From Balneolaceae bacterium (lineage in GTDB: Bacteria > Bacteroidota > Rhodothermia > Balneolales > Balneolaceae): 64,000 nt of DNA. The position numbers were made by a program, and so were the translations under genes. The notes under the pieces are model-generated. The model was not told where the DNA came from. It worked only from the letters and a program-made list of their open reading frames with translations, and did no database searches. Location: assembly GCA_965247355.1 (NCBI GenBank), contig OZ252011.1, forward strand, positions 3,113,397 through 3,177,396. The letters run 5' to 3'. Below, piece after piece: positions 37,633-47,032 of this stretch (within the stretch, counting starts at the first letter, position 1; each line of letters starts with the position of its first letter).

Positions 37633-37790
37633 TCGATTTCTACAATGGAATGATCTCCTACATCAATTTTTCCTTTCACGTTTTTTATTGAGGTATTAGC
37701 CCCAATAGTAGACCCAGAAGTTTCAACATCTACAAGAGAGGCATCCAAAGTACCAGCCGCTCCAAGAGTAAAGAATTTTTTACGATCCAT
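37629..37790 (-). pseudogene. Chimeric 53-codon remnant ORF: a Tat-signal-like start fused to a duplicated nucleotidyltransferase C-terminus
   Basis: Hand translation gives MDRKKFFTLGAAGTLD|ASLVDVETSGSTIGANTSIKNVKGKIDVGDHSIVEID*. The part after the bar is encoded by the 96-bp repeat copy and matches the C-terminus of the 39094..40107 gene. It falls below the 60-aa ORF-track cutoff. Confidence 0.6.
37649..37744. repeat. Left copy of a 96-bp direct repeat
   Basis: aatgatctcctacAtcaatttttcctttcacgttttttattgaggtattagccccaatagtagacccagaagtttcaacatctacaagagaggcat is identical to 39123-39218 except at 37662 (A versus G). Confidence 0.95.
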
Positions 37791-37805
37791 TATTTAAAAA
37801 AAACT

Positions 37806-39110
37806 TTATTCATTATAAATAATAGGAATATATTCCCAAATATCCATCGCACGATCGTCATTCGAATGGCTAATAAAAGTTGAACCTACCCCAACAAATA
37901 TTCGCCCATCAATTACACCTGCATTCATGTGAACGCGCCCTGTACCGGGGTATTCCGTATTAATTTTTCCCCAAGTTTCACTTAAAGGATTAAAATGCCA
38001 AAAATCGTTTAAATAAATATCAGGTTGATGTCGTTCAAATTTAGCACCTCCTAAAACATAGCCTGAAATTTTCGTTTGAAAAAAAACAGATTCCGTTCTC
38101 TCGTCCCCAGGAAAATCTTCTAATGTACTCCATATATTAGTACTTGAATCATACTTCCAAATATCTTTGAAAGATTCTCTATCATTGAACCCAAGACCAA
38201 CATATCCAAAACCGTTAAAAGAAAAAGCAACTTTACCATTTAAACCAAGGCCAGGGTAATCTGCTTTTCTGGTCCATAAATCATTTGCAGAATCATATTC
38301 CCACATAACTCTTGACTCATCTACAGTCCCACCTCCCGTTACATAAGCTTTATCTCCAATAACAAACACAGTGGATTTGTCCCTGGGTGACCCTGGAAAA
38401 TCCATCATCTTAGACCAACTATTACTCGCGGGGTCATATCTCCATAAATCATTAAAATAATTTATACTACAAAGTCCAGAACCGGTACAATTTGACCCAA
38501 GTCCTACATATCCGTACCCATTAATTGTAAAAGAAATAGAATTAATACGAGCGCTTGATGGGAGGTTAGCTATAAGATCCCAAGAGTCTGAGAGCAGGTA
38601 ATATTTATAGAAAATATTAGTGTAATCCCTACCGACTCCTGAGCCGACATAAAGAGTATCATTTATTACAAAAGCTGCAGCTCCAGCTAAAATCCCATTT
38701 TCAAAATCAGATTTTTGTATCCAGAAATTTTCAGGTAATGTTTTTGTAGAAATTTCTTCTCCATAAATAACTTCATTATCCGCGGTTTTGATGTATGAAT
38801 TGAAATAATAAGTAGTATTTGGTTCAAGCGTCTGAACTCTACTTTCAAATTGATTTTCAACAGAAATAACACCAAGAGAAATAGAAGAATTGCTAATCGT
38901 AGGATCTGCAGTTTCAGACCAAACAAAACCATGGTCAACTATTTGTGTACCACCAATCTTGAGTATCTCCGCCTTAATATCTATGTAGTTAGCATAGGTA
39001 TTAAATATTTCAAGTGTAATAACACTAGGTTCATTATTACTTGAGCCATCACATGAATTAATAAAGAAAATTAGTAGAACTATAAAGATAAATCTATCCA
39101 TTTCGATCAA
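37806..39110 (-). CDS. Kelch-repeat beta-propeller lipoprotein with an N-terminal Ig/FN3-like domain
   Basis: 434 aa with lipobox LIFFINSC. It has repeated Kelch-like blades (xxGYVGLG, NDLWRYDPxxNSW, KDIWKYDSSTNIW, NDFWHFNPLSETW, MDIWEY). Two 100-nt hand counts gave about 36% GC. Confidence 0.75.
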   Translation of the reverse strand: MIEMDRFIFIVLLIFFINSCDGSSNNEPSVITLEIFNTYANYIDIKAEILKIGGTQIVDHGFVWSETADPTISNSSISLGVISVENQFESRVQTLEPNTTYYFNSYIKTADNEVIYGEEISTKTLPENFWIQKSDFENGILAGAAAFVINDTLYVGSGVGRDYTNIFYKYYLLSDSWDLIANLPSSARINSISFTINGYGYVGLGSNCTGSGLCSINYFNDLWRYDPASNSWSKMMDFPGSPRDKSTVFVIGDKAYVTGGGTVDESRVMWEYDSANDLWTRKADYPGLGLNGKVAFSFNGFGYVGLGFNDRESFKDIWKYDSSTNIWSTLEDFPGDERTESVFFQTKISGYVLGGAKFERHQPDIYLNDFWHFNPLSETWGKINTEYPGTGRVHMNAGVIDGRIFVGVGSTFISHSNDDRAMDIWEYIPIIYNE

Positions 39111-40107
39111 TATTTAGTCTCGAATGATCTCCTACGTCAATTTTTCCTTTCACGTTTTTTATTGAGGTATTAGCCCCAATAGTAGACCCAGAAGTTTCAA
39201 CATCTACAAGAGAGGCATGATCTCTAATTATAGTGTTCTCTATTTTTGAGTTATTGATACTTGTGCCAGCTTCGATACTTACTTTAGGTCCAATAGTACT
39301 GTTCTCAATAACTACATCATCAGCAATAAATACCGGTGGGATGATAGTGGATCCGGGATATTTTGAAGTATCGAAACTATGGTTTTCTTTGGTAATGATC
39401 TCTCCTGTTGTTTCCAGCCATGCTGGGAGCGTTCCACAATCAAGCCATTCATCAACAGTAGCTATTTTGAACACTTTACCCTCGTTGATCATATTATCGA
39501 GAGCTTCTGTTAAGAAATATTCACCGCCAGGACCTTTGATATCTTCATCAATTACCCGGTTAACCTGCCGTTTTAGCTCCTGTCCATCTTTAAAATAATA
39601 GACCCCGATAATGGCAAGATCTGATATAAATTCCTGAGGCTTTTCGACAAATCCGGTAATAGTTTCTCCTTCATGAACAGCTACTCCAAAACGGGAAGGG
39701 TCTTCAACACGCTTTAACCAGATTACACTATCAGCGCCTTCAATATTAAATTTTTCTTTACTATCGAAAAGAGTGTCAGCAAAAGCAACGATAACTTCGC
39801 CATCCAGATCTTCACTGGCACAAGCCACAGCATGAGCTGTTCCAAGAGCAGGAAACTGAACTCTGAAGGTAGCTTTGGCATTATGCCGTTCACTCATTTC
39901 AGAAAGCTGGTCTTTAATGTCCTGACCGAAATCAGGTCCTAAGATGTATACAATTTCATCAATCTTACGGTCTAGTGTTCGAATGAAGGTTTCAACAAGC
40001 CGTTCAATAATCATGGTACCAGCAACAGGAAGCAGGGGCTTAGGAACAGTATGTGAATGAGGACGAACACGGGTACCGCGACCCGCCATTGGGATAATTA
40101 ATTTCAT
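39094..40107 (-). CDS. Sugar-phosphate nucleotidyltransferase with a C-terminal left-handed beta-helix (hexapeptide) domain
   Basis: 337 aa. The N-terminus is MKLIIPMAGRGTRVRPHSHTVPKPLLPV (the G-x-G-T-R nucleotidyltransferase signature). The C-terminal hexapeptide repeats are VVIENSTIGPKVSIEAGTSINNSKIENTIIRDHASLVDVE.... The last 17 nt overlap the Kelch gene start. Confidence 0.8.
   Translation of the reverse strand: MKLIIPMAGRGTRVRPHSHTVPKPLLPVAGTMIIERLVETFIRTLDRKIDEIVYILGPDFGQDIKDQLSEMSERHNAKATFRVQFPALGTAHAVACASEDLDGEVIVAFADTLFDSKEKFNIEGADSVIWLKRVEDPSRFGVAVHEGETITGFVEKPQEFISDLAIIGVYYFKDGQELKRQVNRVIDEDIKGPGGEYFLTEALDNMINEGKVFKIATVDEWLDCGTLPAWLETTGEIITKENHSFDTSKYPGSTIIPPVFIADDVVIENSTIGPKVSIEAGTSINNSKIENTIIRDHASLVDVETSGSTIGANTSIKNVKGKIDVGDHSRLNIDRNG
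39123..39218. repeat. Right copy of the 96-bp direct repeat (inside the 3' end of the nucleotidyltransferase gene)
   Basis: Same 96 bp as 37649-37744, offset 1474 bp, with one mismatch at 39136. Confidence 0.95.
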
Positions 40108-40230
40108 ATCTTTTAGATGATTAAAGAAAACTTATTCATTTTAAGTTAGTGAATATACCGCAGCTAATTTTTAAATTCGAACGTGTTTTAGAAATCAATA
40201 AAGTAGCATACTAACCTAATAATTCACTTT

Positions 40231-41916
40231 TTGTATTATACAATACTAGACGCACTTTCAATTGTATTCTGCCTGATATTCATACGGTTTTACTGGTATA
40301 GAATCCGGTTTTTTTTGCATGTATTCCAACAGGTAGGTTATAAGCAAAACGAATACTGGCACTGGCTGAGAGATAATTGGGAACGAAAAGTTATACCTGC
40401 AGACCTTGCTATATTTAATATATTTCTATTTGGTCTGGTGGTCGGTTTGGAATGGTTAGACATTGAAATTACTAACTCATCCAAGGCTGTAATTCTGTTT
40501 CTGCTTTCGTTTTTTTGGTTTGGTTCGGTAAAAAAATACAAATCAGAAAAAGTAAAAAAACCACTGGTGTTTACCTCAAGGATGAAACGCCTGACGATCC
40601 CGGTTGCACTAATTGCGTTATTTATACCAACTTATTTTAGTGTTTGGACATATAGTGGACTTCTTCCGTTTTTCTGGGTTTCAGTTCCAACATACGATCC
40701 GGGTCTTCTTTCTTTCGACGTCATTTTATTAGTTTTTGGATGGATATTTGGAGCGCTACTTCTTCCCTTCTTCATCTTTATTGGTAGTTCTATTACAAAA
40801 CCCATTGAAAGAAGTATCCAAAATGGATTCAAAAAGCAGGCCAGGGAAAAACTAGCTTCCATGCCCCACTTGAAAGTCATTGCTTTAACAGGAAGCTATG
40901 GTAAAACGAGTACCAAGTTTATGGTTCGGGATTTATTGAAGGAGCGTTATAGCGTATGCTCAACTCCGGGAAGCTACAATACTCCAATGGGTATTTGTAA
41001 AGTGATCAATAATGATCTCCAATCTCATCATCAGATTTTAATTCTGGAAATGGGTGCCCGTTATCCAGGGAATATTCAGGAACTTTGTGATATCGCCCGT
41101 CCTGATATTTCAATAGTTACGAATGTGGGTGTGGCTCATCTTGAAACCTTTGGTTCACAGGATGTAATTGCCAGAGAAAAAGGAAGATTGGTAGATAATC
41201 TTGAATCAGGTGGGGTAGCTATACTCAATGCTGATGATCCACGTGTTTCTAAAATGGGGGAGAACCGGACTGATATAAAACGTATCCTTGTAGGATTAAA
41301 TGAGGGAAGTATTACTGCCGGGGATATTACATACGATACTTCCGGTTCTAATTTTGAGATTAGTTTCAAAGAGGAAAAACAGTCTATTCAAACCCAAATA
41401 CTTGGTGCTCATAATGTGCAGAATATGCTTTTGGCTATTGGAGCAGCCCATCACCTGGGAATCAGACCAAAAACGATGGCGATAGCAGCAAAGAATATCG
41501 AGCCGGTGGAACACCGATTAGAACTAAAAAAGCAAGGTGAGCTTTTTATAATTGATGACGCTTTTAACTCCAATCCGGTTGGGGCAAAAAATGCGGTGGA
41601 AATATTAGGTCAGTTTAAATCAGGAAATCGGGTCATTATTACGCCCGGAATGATAGAACTGGGTGATATTGAATACGAAGAAAATAAAGACTTCGGTAGA
41701 GCCATTGGCAACGCGAAACTCGACTTAGTAATTTTGGTTGGCGAAGAGCGGGCAAAACCTATTCAGGAAGGAATAGAAGAGGCGGCTGAATCAACTCAAA
41801 ATGTGAAAGTAGTAAATAGTTTGTTTGAAGCTAATGACTTGGTAAGAGAATACGCGAAGCCGGGGGATGTTATCTTGTATGAGAACGATCTTCCGGATGT
41901 ATATAATGAACAGTAG
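40231..41916 (+). CDS. MurF-type Mur ligase with an N-terminal polytopic membrane domain replacing the usual N-domain
   Basis: 561 aa with a TTG start as given in the track, so the start is uncertain. Residues 1-200 contain 5-6 hydrophobic helices. After that come VIALTGSYGKTSTK (P-loop), DISIVTNVGVAHLE, LGAHNVQN, HRLE and DDAFNSNPVGAKNAVE, as in UDP-MurNAc-tripeptide--D-Ala-D-Ala ligases. Confidence 0.75.
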   Translation: MYYTILDALSIVFCLIFIRFYWYRIRFFLHVFQQVGYKQNEYWHWLRDNWERKVIPADLAIFNIFLFGLVVGLEWLDIEITNSSKAVILFLLSFFWFGSVKKYKSEKVKKPLVFTSRMKRLTIPVALIALFIPTYFSVWTYSGLLPFFWVSVPTYDPGLLSFDVILLVFGWIFGALLLPFFIFIGSSITKPIERSIQNGFKKQAREKLASMPHLKVIALTGSYGKTSTKFMVRDLLKERYSVCSTPGSYNTPMGICKVINNDLQSHHQILILEMGARYPGNIQELCDIARPDISIVTNVGVAHLETFGSQDVIAREKGRLVDNLESGGVAILNADDPRVSKMGENRTDIKRILVGLNEGSITAGDITYDTSGSNFEISFKEEKQSIQTQILGAHNVQNMLLAIGAAHHLGIRPKTMAIAAKNIEPVEHRLELKKQGELFIIDDAFNSNPVGAKNAVEILGQFKSGNRVIITPGMIELGDIEYEENKDFGRAIGNAKLDLVILVGEERAKPIQEGIEEAAESTQNVKVVNSLFEANDLVREYAKPGDVILYENDLPDVYNEQ

Positions 41917-41928
41917 CTTAAAGCCCGA

Positions 41929-43155
41929 TTATTCATATCGAACGGCTTCAGCAGGCTGAATCTCAGAGGCTCGTTTAGAAGGAAACCAACTTGCTGCCAG
42001 ACAAAGGAAAAGGCTTCCCAAAAGTACAATCGTGATATCCATCAACCGAACATCCACCGGATAAGCATTAATAATAAATGCTGAGGAAAGTTTGATAATG
42101 CCAAATTCTTGTTGTAGCCAACAGAGTAAAAAGCCAATAGATCCTCCTATTCCGCATCCAATTAATCCGATATAAAGTCCCTGTTTTCTGAAGATTGATT
42201 TAATACGGTTTTTAGAATATCCCATCGAAATAAGGATTCCGATATCTCTTCTCTTCTGAATAACTATCATCGTGAGTGACCCAATTATATTGAGTACAGC
42301 CACCACTACAATAATCATAAGAATTACATAAGCGGCCCATTTCTCGAGGTTCATCACATCATACAAAGGCTTTTGAAGGTCATACCAGGTCGAAATAGTG
42401 TAATTACTTCCAAGTGTAGCCTGCAGGGTTTTCTTAACAGATTCTGCGTCTTCGTTGTTAGTAAGTTTAATATCGACGCCGGATATTGCATTTCGGGCAT
42501 TAAACAACCTTTGCGCAGCTTTTAGATCAACAAAAACCTGTGGGCCATCTGCTACCTGTTGCAGAAAGTAAGAGCCACGTACATCAAAGCGATAAGATCG
42601 GGGAACGGTAATTTGAGTGAGTGCTTTTTTCATACCCGAAGCACTAAGTAGAGCGATTTCATCTCCCGTACCCAGCAACATTTCCGACCGAATTTGTTCT
42701 GGAATTACAGCTCCGGGTTTACGATTCCGGACCTCAACCTCAAAAACACCGGAGGTAACACTTTCTTTGATATTTACGAGTTCAAAAAATCGATTTGTAT
42801 CAATTCCTCTAACATCTACAACGGAATTTCGATCATCTCCATAGCTCAATAGTGCTTTTCCTTCCACAAAAGGGGAATAGATTTTAATCTCAGGGATCGA
42901 ATTCAATTCATCAAGTAATTCCTGATTTTGTGTAAAAACGGTGCCTGAAGCAGATTCAATACGAATATCCGGATCATAAGAAAGCAGCAGGTTCTTAATT
43001 ACATCAAAAAAGCCATTGAATACCGAAAGCACCACAATTAAAAGGGCGGTACCAATGGTTACTCCTGCAATACTTATATAAGTAAGTGTGGAGATAAGTG
43101 AAATATGTTTACGGGAGAAAAGATATCTCCGGGCAATAAAACCTGTGTTATCCAT
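41929..43155 (-). CDS. Lipoprotein-releasing system permease (LolC/LolE, FtsX-like)
   Basis: I prefer the start at the internal Met (MDNTGFIARRYLFSRKHISLISTLTYISIAGVTIGTALLIVVLSVFNGF), which is the typical LolC/E opening. The C-terminal FtsX-type TM bundle is present. The track ORF extends 15 codons upstream. Confidence 0.85.
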   Translation of the reverse strand: MDNTGFIARRYLFSRKHISLISTLTYISIAGVTIGTALLIVVLSVFNGFFDVIKNLLLSYDPDIRIESASGTVFTQNQELLDELNSIPEIKIYSPFVEGKALLSYGDDRNSVVDVRGIDTNRFFELVNIKESVTSGVFEVEVRNRKPGAVIPEQIRSEMLLGTGDEIALLSASGMKKALTQITVPRSYRFDVRGSYFLQQVADGPQVFVDLKAAQRLFNARNAISGVDIKLTNNEDAESVKKTLQATLGSNYTISTWYDLQKPLYDVMNLEKWAAYVILMIIVVVAVLNIIGSLTMIVIQKRRDIGILISMGYSKNRIKSIFRKQGLYIGLIGCGIGGSIGFLLCWLQQEFGIIKLSSAFIINAYPVDVRLMDITIVLLGSLFLCLAASWFPSKRASEIQPAEAVRYE

Positions 43156-43227
43156 ATTCAAAAATAGACAATAAGAGCCATCAAAACACTTAGAAATCAA
43201 CTCAAATGCTTTACTCTAAAATTCTTA

Positions 43228-43235
43228 TATTTTTG
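43228..43235 (+). promoter_or_regulatory. Candidate Bacteroidota-type -7 promoter element (TAnnTTTG) upstream of glgB
   Basis: tatttttg at 43228-43235 lies 21 nt upstream of the glgB ATG and matches TAnnTTTG. I saw no clear -33 TTG, so this is weak. Confidence 0.3.
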
Positions 43236-43255
43236 CCCCTTCTAACAGAACAATT

Positions 43256-45460
43256 ATGAGCGCAACACTTTCTAAAGAAATTATTGAATCGATATCAAAT
43301 GGCTCCCATGGTGATCCGTTTTCAATATTAGGACTTCATGAAATAAAAGTAGACAAGAAAGATAAGCTTGTGCTCCGAGCGTTCAGGCCCGAGGCTGAGA
43401 AAATCAAAGTAAATATTGGGTCTTCAAAAGCGATCGAGTTAGAAAGAATATCTCAGGAAGGCCTTTTTGAATATGTGTTTCCAAGAAGGAAAAAAAGATT
43501 CGAGTATACCTTAACTATCACACCCTATGATGGTGAAGAATTTACTGTAAATGATCCGTATGTATACGGCTCGATGATAAGCGACTTTGATTTACAGCTT
43601 TGGGGAGAGGGGAATCATCATAAAGCGTATACCTTTATGGGTGCACATCTCAAAGAAGTAGATGGAGTGAAGGGAACTCATTTTGTAGTAACCGCTCCAA
43701 GTGCAACTCGTGTAAGTGTTATTGGGTCTTTTAATAATTGGGATGGAAGAGTTCACCGGATGAGAAAATTCCATGATCAGGGATTATGGGAGATATTTAT
43801 ACCACATGTTGGTGAAGGTGATTTTTACAAGTACGAGATTAAGTCTCCCGTTCAGGATCCTCCGCTGAAAAAAGCGGATCCATTTGCTTTTAGTTCAGAA
43901 TTACGTCCTGGAACAGCATCCAAAGTCTACAACCTTGATGGGTATAAATGGGGTGATAAAGAGTGGACGGAAAAGCGTTCTGAGACACAGGCTCATGATC
44001 AACCTATTTCGGTATATGAAGTACATGCAGGATCCTGGAGAAGAAAAGTTGGAGAAGAACCCGGCTTTTTAAGTTATCGTGATCTGGCCGAACAATTGGT
44101 GCCTTACGTGAAGGAAATGGGATATACCCATGTTGAGTTACTTCCAATTGCAGAGCATCCTTACGATCCATCGTGGGGATATCAGATTACAGGCTATTAT
44201 GCACCTACAAGCAGATTCGGCTCGCCACATGATTTCATGTATTTTGTTGATGAATGCCATAAAGCGGGTATTGGAGTAATTCTGGATTGGGTTCCGGCTC
44301 ATTTTGCAAAAGATGATCATGGCTTACGACGGTTTGATGGAACAGGTTTATATGAGCATGAAGACGCGCGTCAGGGAGAGCATAAAGACTGGGGCACCTG
44401 CATCTTTAATTTTGGGAGAACCGAGGTTCAAAACTTTTTGATTTCAAATGCACTCTATTGGTGCGATCAGTTCCATATTGATGGACTTCGTGTTGATGCA
44501 GTAGCATCTATGCTATACCTGGACTATTCCCGGGAGGAAGGAGAATGGATCCCAAACAAATATGGTGGTCGTGAAAATATCGAAGCGATTGAATTTTTGC
44601 GCCGCTTTAATGATTCAGTACATCATCATTTCCCTGGTACAATAACTTTTGCGGAAGAATCTACCTCATGGGGAGGGGTTTCCCGCCCAACGGATACGGG
44701 TGGGTTAGGTTTTGATTTTAAGTGGAATATGGGCTGGATGAATGATACGCTGGACTATATTGAAAAAGACCCGATTTTTAGAAAATACCATCAGGGTGAG
44801 CTCACCTTTTCCATGATTTATGCCTTCAGCGAGAATTTTACACTTCCTTTTTCACATGATGAAGTAGTACATATGAAACAGGCAATGCTGGCAAAGATGC
44901 CCGGAGATGACTGGCAGAAATTTGCAAACCTGAGACTTTTGTATACTTATATGTATGCTCATCCCGGAAAACAATTATTGTTTATGGGGTGTGAATTTGG
45001 TCAATGGGAAGAATGGAGTGAGTCAAAATCGCTTGATTGGCATTTGCTGGATTGGCAAAATCACCAGGGTATTCAGTTGTTAGTGAAGGATTTGAATAAA
45101 CTGAATAAAGAAGTACCGGCGCTTCATGAAGTAGATTTTGATTGGAAAGGTTTCGAATGGCTGGACATAAACGATGCTGATAACAGTATCATTTCGTTTA
45201 TTAGAAAGGCAAATGACCCGGAAGACTTTATCATTACAGTATTAAATTTTACTCCTACTGTCCATTACGATTATATTATCGGAGCTCCAGTAGCAGGAGA
45301 GTATGAAATCATCATGAATAGTGATTCAGAATTTTATGGAGGAAGCAACGTCGGAGACGCCGTGCTTAATGCTGAATGGAACGAGTGGCAAAATCAACCT
45401 GCACAAATGAAAGTAACAATTCCCCCTTTAGCTGGAATAATATTAAAACTAAAGAAGTAA
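43256..45460 (+). CDS. glgB: 1,4-alpha-glucan branching enzyme
   Basis: 734 aa with the GH13 catalytic regions [30 protein letters not shown] and FSHDEVVH. Confidence 0.93.
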   Translation: MSATLSKEIIESISNGSHGDPFSILGLHEIKVDKKDKLVLRAFRPEAEKIKVNIGSSKAIELERISQEGLFEYVFPRRKKRFEYTLTITPYDGEEFTVNDPYVYGSMISDFDLQLWGEGNHHKAYTFMGAHLKEVDGVKGTHFVVTAPSATRVSVIGSFNNWDGRVHRMRKFHDQGLWEIFIPHVGEGDFYKYEIKSPVQDPPLKKADPFAFSSELRPGTASKVYNLDGYKWGDKEWTEKRSETQAHDQPISVYEVHAGSWRRKVGEEPGFLSYRDLAEQLVPYVKEMGYTHVELLPIAEHPYDPSWGYQITGYYAPTSRFGSPHDFMYFVDECHKAGIGVILDWVPAHFAKDDHGLRRFDGTGLYEHEDARQGEHKDWGTCIFNFGRTEVQNFLISNALYWCDQFHIDGLRVDAVASMLYLDYSREEGEWIPNKYGGRENIEAIEFLRRFNDSVHHHFPGTITFAEESTSWGGVSRPTDTGGLGFDFKWNMGWMNDTLDYIEKDPIFRKYHQGELTFSMIYAFSENFTLPFSHDEVVHMKQAMLAKMPGDDWQKFANLRLLYTYMYAHPGKQLLFMGCEFGQWEEWSESKSLDWHLLDWQNHQGIQLLVKDLNKLNKEVPALHEVDFDWKGFEWLDINDADNSIISFIRKANDPEDFIITVLNFTPTVHYDYIIGAPVAGEYEIIMNSDSEFYGGSNVGDAVLNAEWNEWQNQPAQMKVTIPPLAGIILKLKK

Positions 45461-45466
45461 GCTAAT

Positions 45467-46966
45467 ATGAGATTTCCGCGTTCTAGTGGCACGCTTGTAC
45501 ATCCTACCTCATTCCCGGGAAAATATGGGATTGGAGATTTTGGTAATGAAGCCAGAACATTTTTAGATTTTCTTGAACGAACCCACCAAACTATCTGGCA
45601 GGTGTTGCCATTAACTCCAACCGGATATGGCAATTCTCCGTACGCAAGTTTTTCTGCTTTTGCGGGAAATCCATATTTGATTAGCCCTGATATTTTAGTC
45701 TCTAAAGGTTTGCTAACCAAGGCGGAAGCTGCAAAAACTGAATTACCAGCAAGAGTTGAAGTAGACTACGACAAAGCATTTTCGAATAAAGATGCACTCT
45801 TTAAAATTGCCAGTGAGCGATTCTATGCTAGCTTGAACACAGAAGAAGAGAAAAAATTCAAAGCGTTTAAAAAAGAAAATAAACACTGGCTGGATGATTA
45901 TGTATTGTTCATGGCATGCGCGCTTCACTACAATAAACAGCCTTGGAACACATGGGATAAAGATATCGCTCAACGAAAACCTACCGCGCTAAAATCCTAT
46001 AAGAAGAAGTTTAAAGATGAAATTGAGCTCCAGTACTGGATGCAATATGAGTTTGACAATCAATGGATGAATCTAAAGAAATACGCGAATGACAAAAATA
46101 TTCGCGTGGTTGGCGACATCCCTATTTTTGTGGATCATAATAGCTCAGATGTATGGGCTAACCCAAAATATTTTGAGGTAGATAAACAAGGTAACCGGGT
46201 ATTAGTAGCTGGCGTGCCTCCGGATTATTTTAGTGAAACCGGTCAATTATGGGGGAACCCTCAATACAATTGGAAAGAGCTTGAGAAAGATGGCTTCTCA
46301 TGGTGGGTTGATCGGTTTAAGCATATGTTTAAAACCTGTGACGCGATTAGAGTAGATCATTTCAGGGGATTTGATGAATATTGGGAAGTAAAAGCAGATG
46401 AAAAAACGGCTATCAATGGCACGTGGGTTCAGGGTCCGGGAGAGAAGCTATTCGATACTATTCTAAAAGAGTGTGGAGAGCTTCCGATTATTGCTGAGGA
46501 TCTGGGATTTGTAACCGAAGGTGTTGAAAAACTACGCGATAAATATGCATTTCCCGGTATGAAGATTATTCAATTCGCTTTCGACGCGGATTCAAAGAAT
46601 GCTTTTTTACCCCACAACTACACGCAAAATAGTGTGGTTTATACGGGAACGCATGATAATGACACAACTATAGGTTGGTTTAACCAAGCCCCGGAAGAAG
46701 AGAAACACCGTGTTAGGGTATATACAAAATCAGATGGAGCCGAAATAAACTGGGAATTTATTCGTCTTGGTATGCTCTCAGTATCTGATCAAGCTATATT
46801 TCCTTTGCAGGATTATATGAATTTAGATGGATCTCACAGAATGAATTTTCCTGGAACTTCATCTGGAAACTGGCTATGGAGGTACACTCATGCCATGTTT
46901 TCTTCTTTGGATGAAGATCGTATCCGCTTTTTAATCGACTTAAGTAACCGCAAAAATGATGCTTAA
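45467..46966 (+). CDS. malQ: 4-alpha-glucanotransferase (amylomaltase, GH77)
   Basis: 499 aa. RSSGTLVHPTSFPGKYGIGDFG, SPYASFSAFAGNPYLISP, RVDHFRGF, IIAEDLG and YTGTHDNDT are classic MalQ segments. Confidence 0.92.
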   Translation: MRFPRSSGTLVHPTSFPGKYGIGDFGNEARTFLDFLERTHQTIWQVLPLTPTGYGNSPYASFSAFAGNPYLISPDILVSKGLLTKAEAAKTELPARVEVDYDKAFSNKDALFKIASERFYASLNTEEEKKFKAFKKENKHWLDDYVLFMACALHYNKQPWNTWDKDIAQRKPTALKSYKKKFKDEIELQYWMQYEFDNQWMNLKKYANDKNIRVVGDIPIFVDHNSSDVWANPKYFEVDKQGNRVLVAGVPPDYFSETGQLWGNPQYNWKELEKDGFSWWVDRFKHMFKTCDAIRVDHFRGFDEYWEVKADEKTAINGTWVQGPGEKLFDTILKECGELPIIAEDLGFVTEGVEKLRDKYAFPGMKIIQFAFDADSKNAFLPHNYTQNSVVYTGTHDNDTTIGWFNQAPEEEKHRVRVYTKSDGAEINWEFIRLGMLSVSDQAIFPLQDYMNLDGSHRMNFPGTSSGNWLWRYTHAMFSSLDEDRIRFLIDLSNRKNDA

Positions 46967-47032
46967 AAGCTAACCTTTAAAAGAATTACCCTTTTTAGTA
47001 TATTGGGTGCTTCGATTTAGAATTATTTTATT

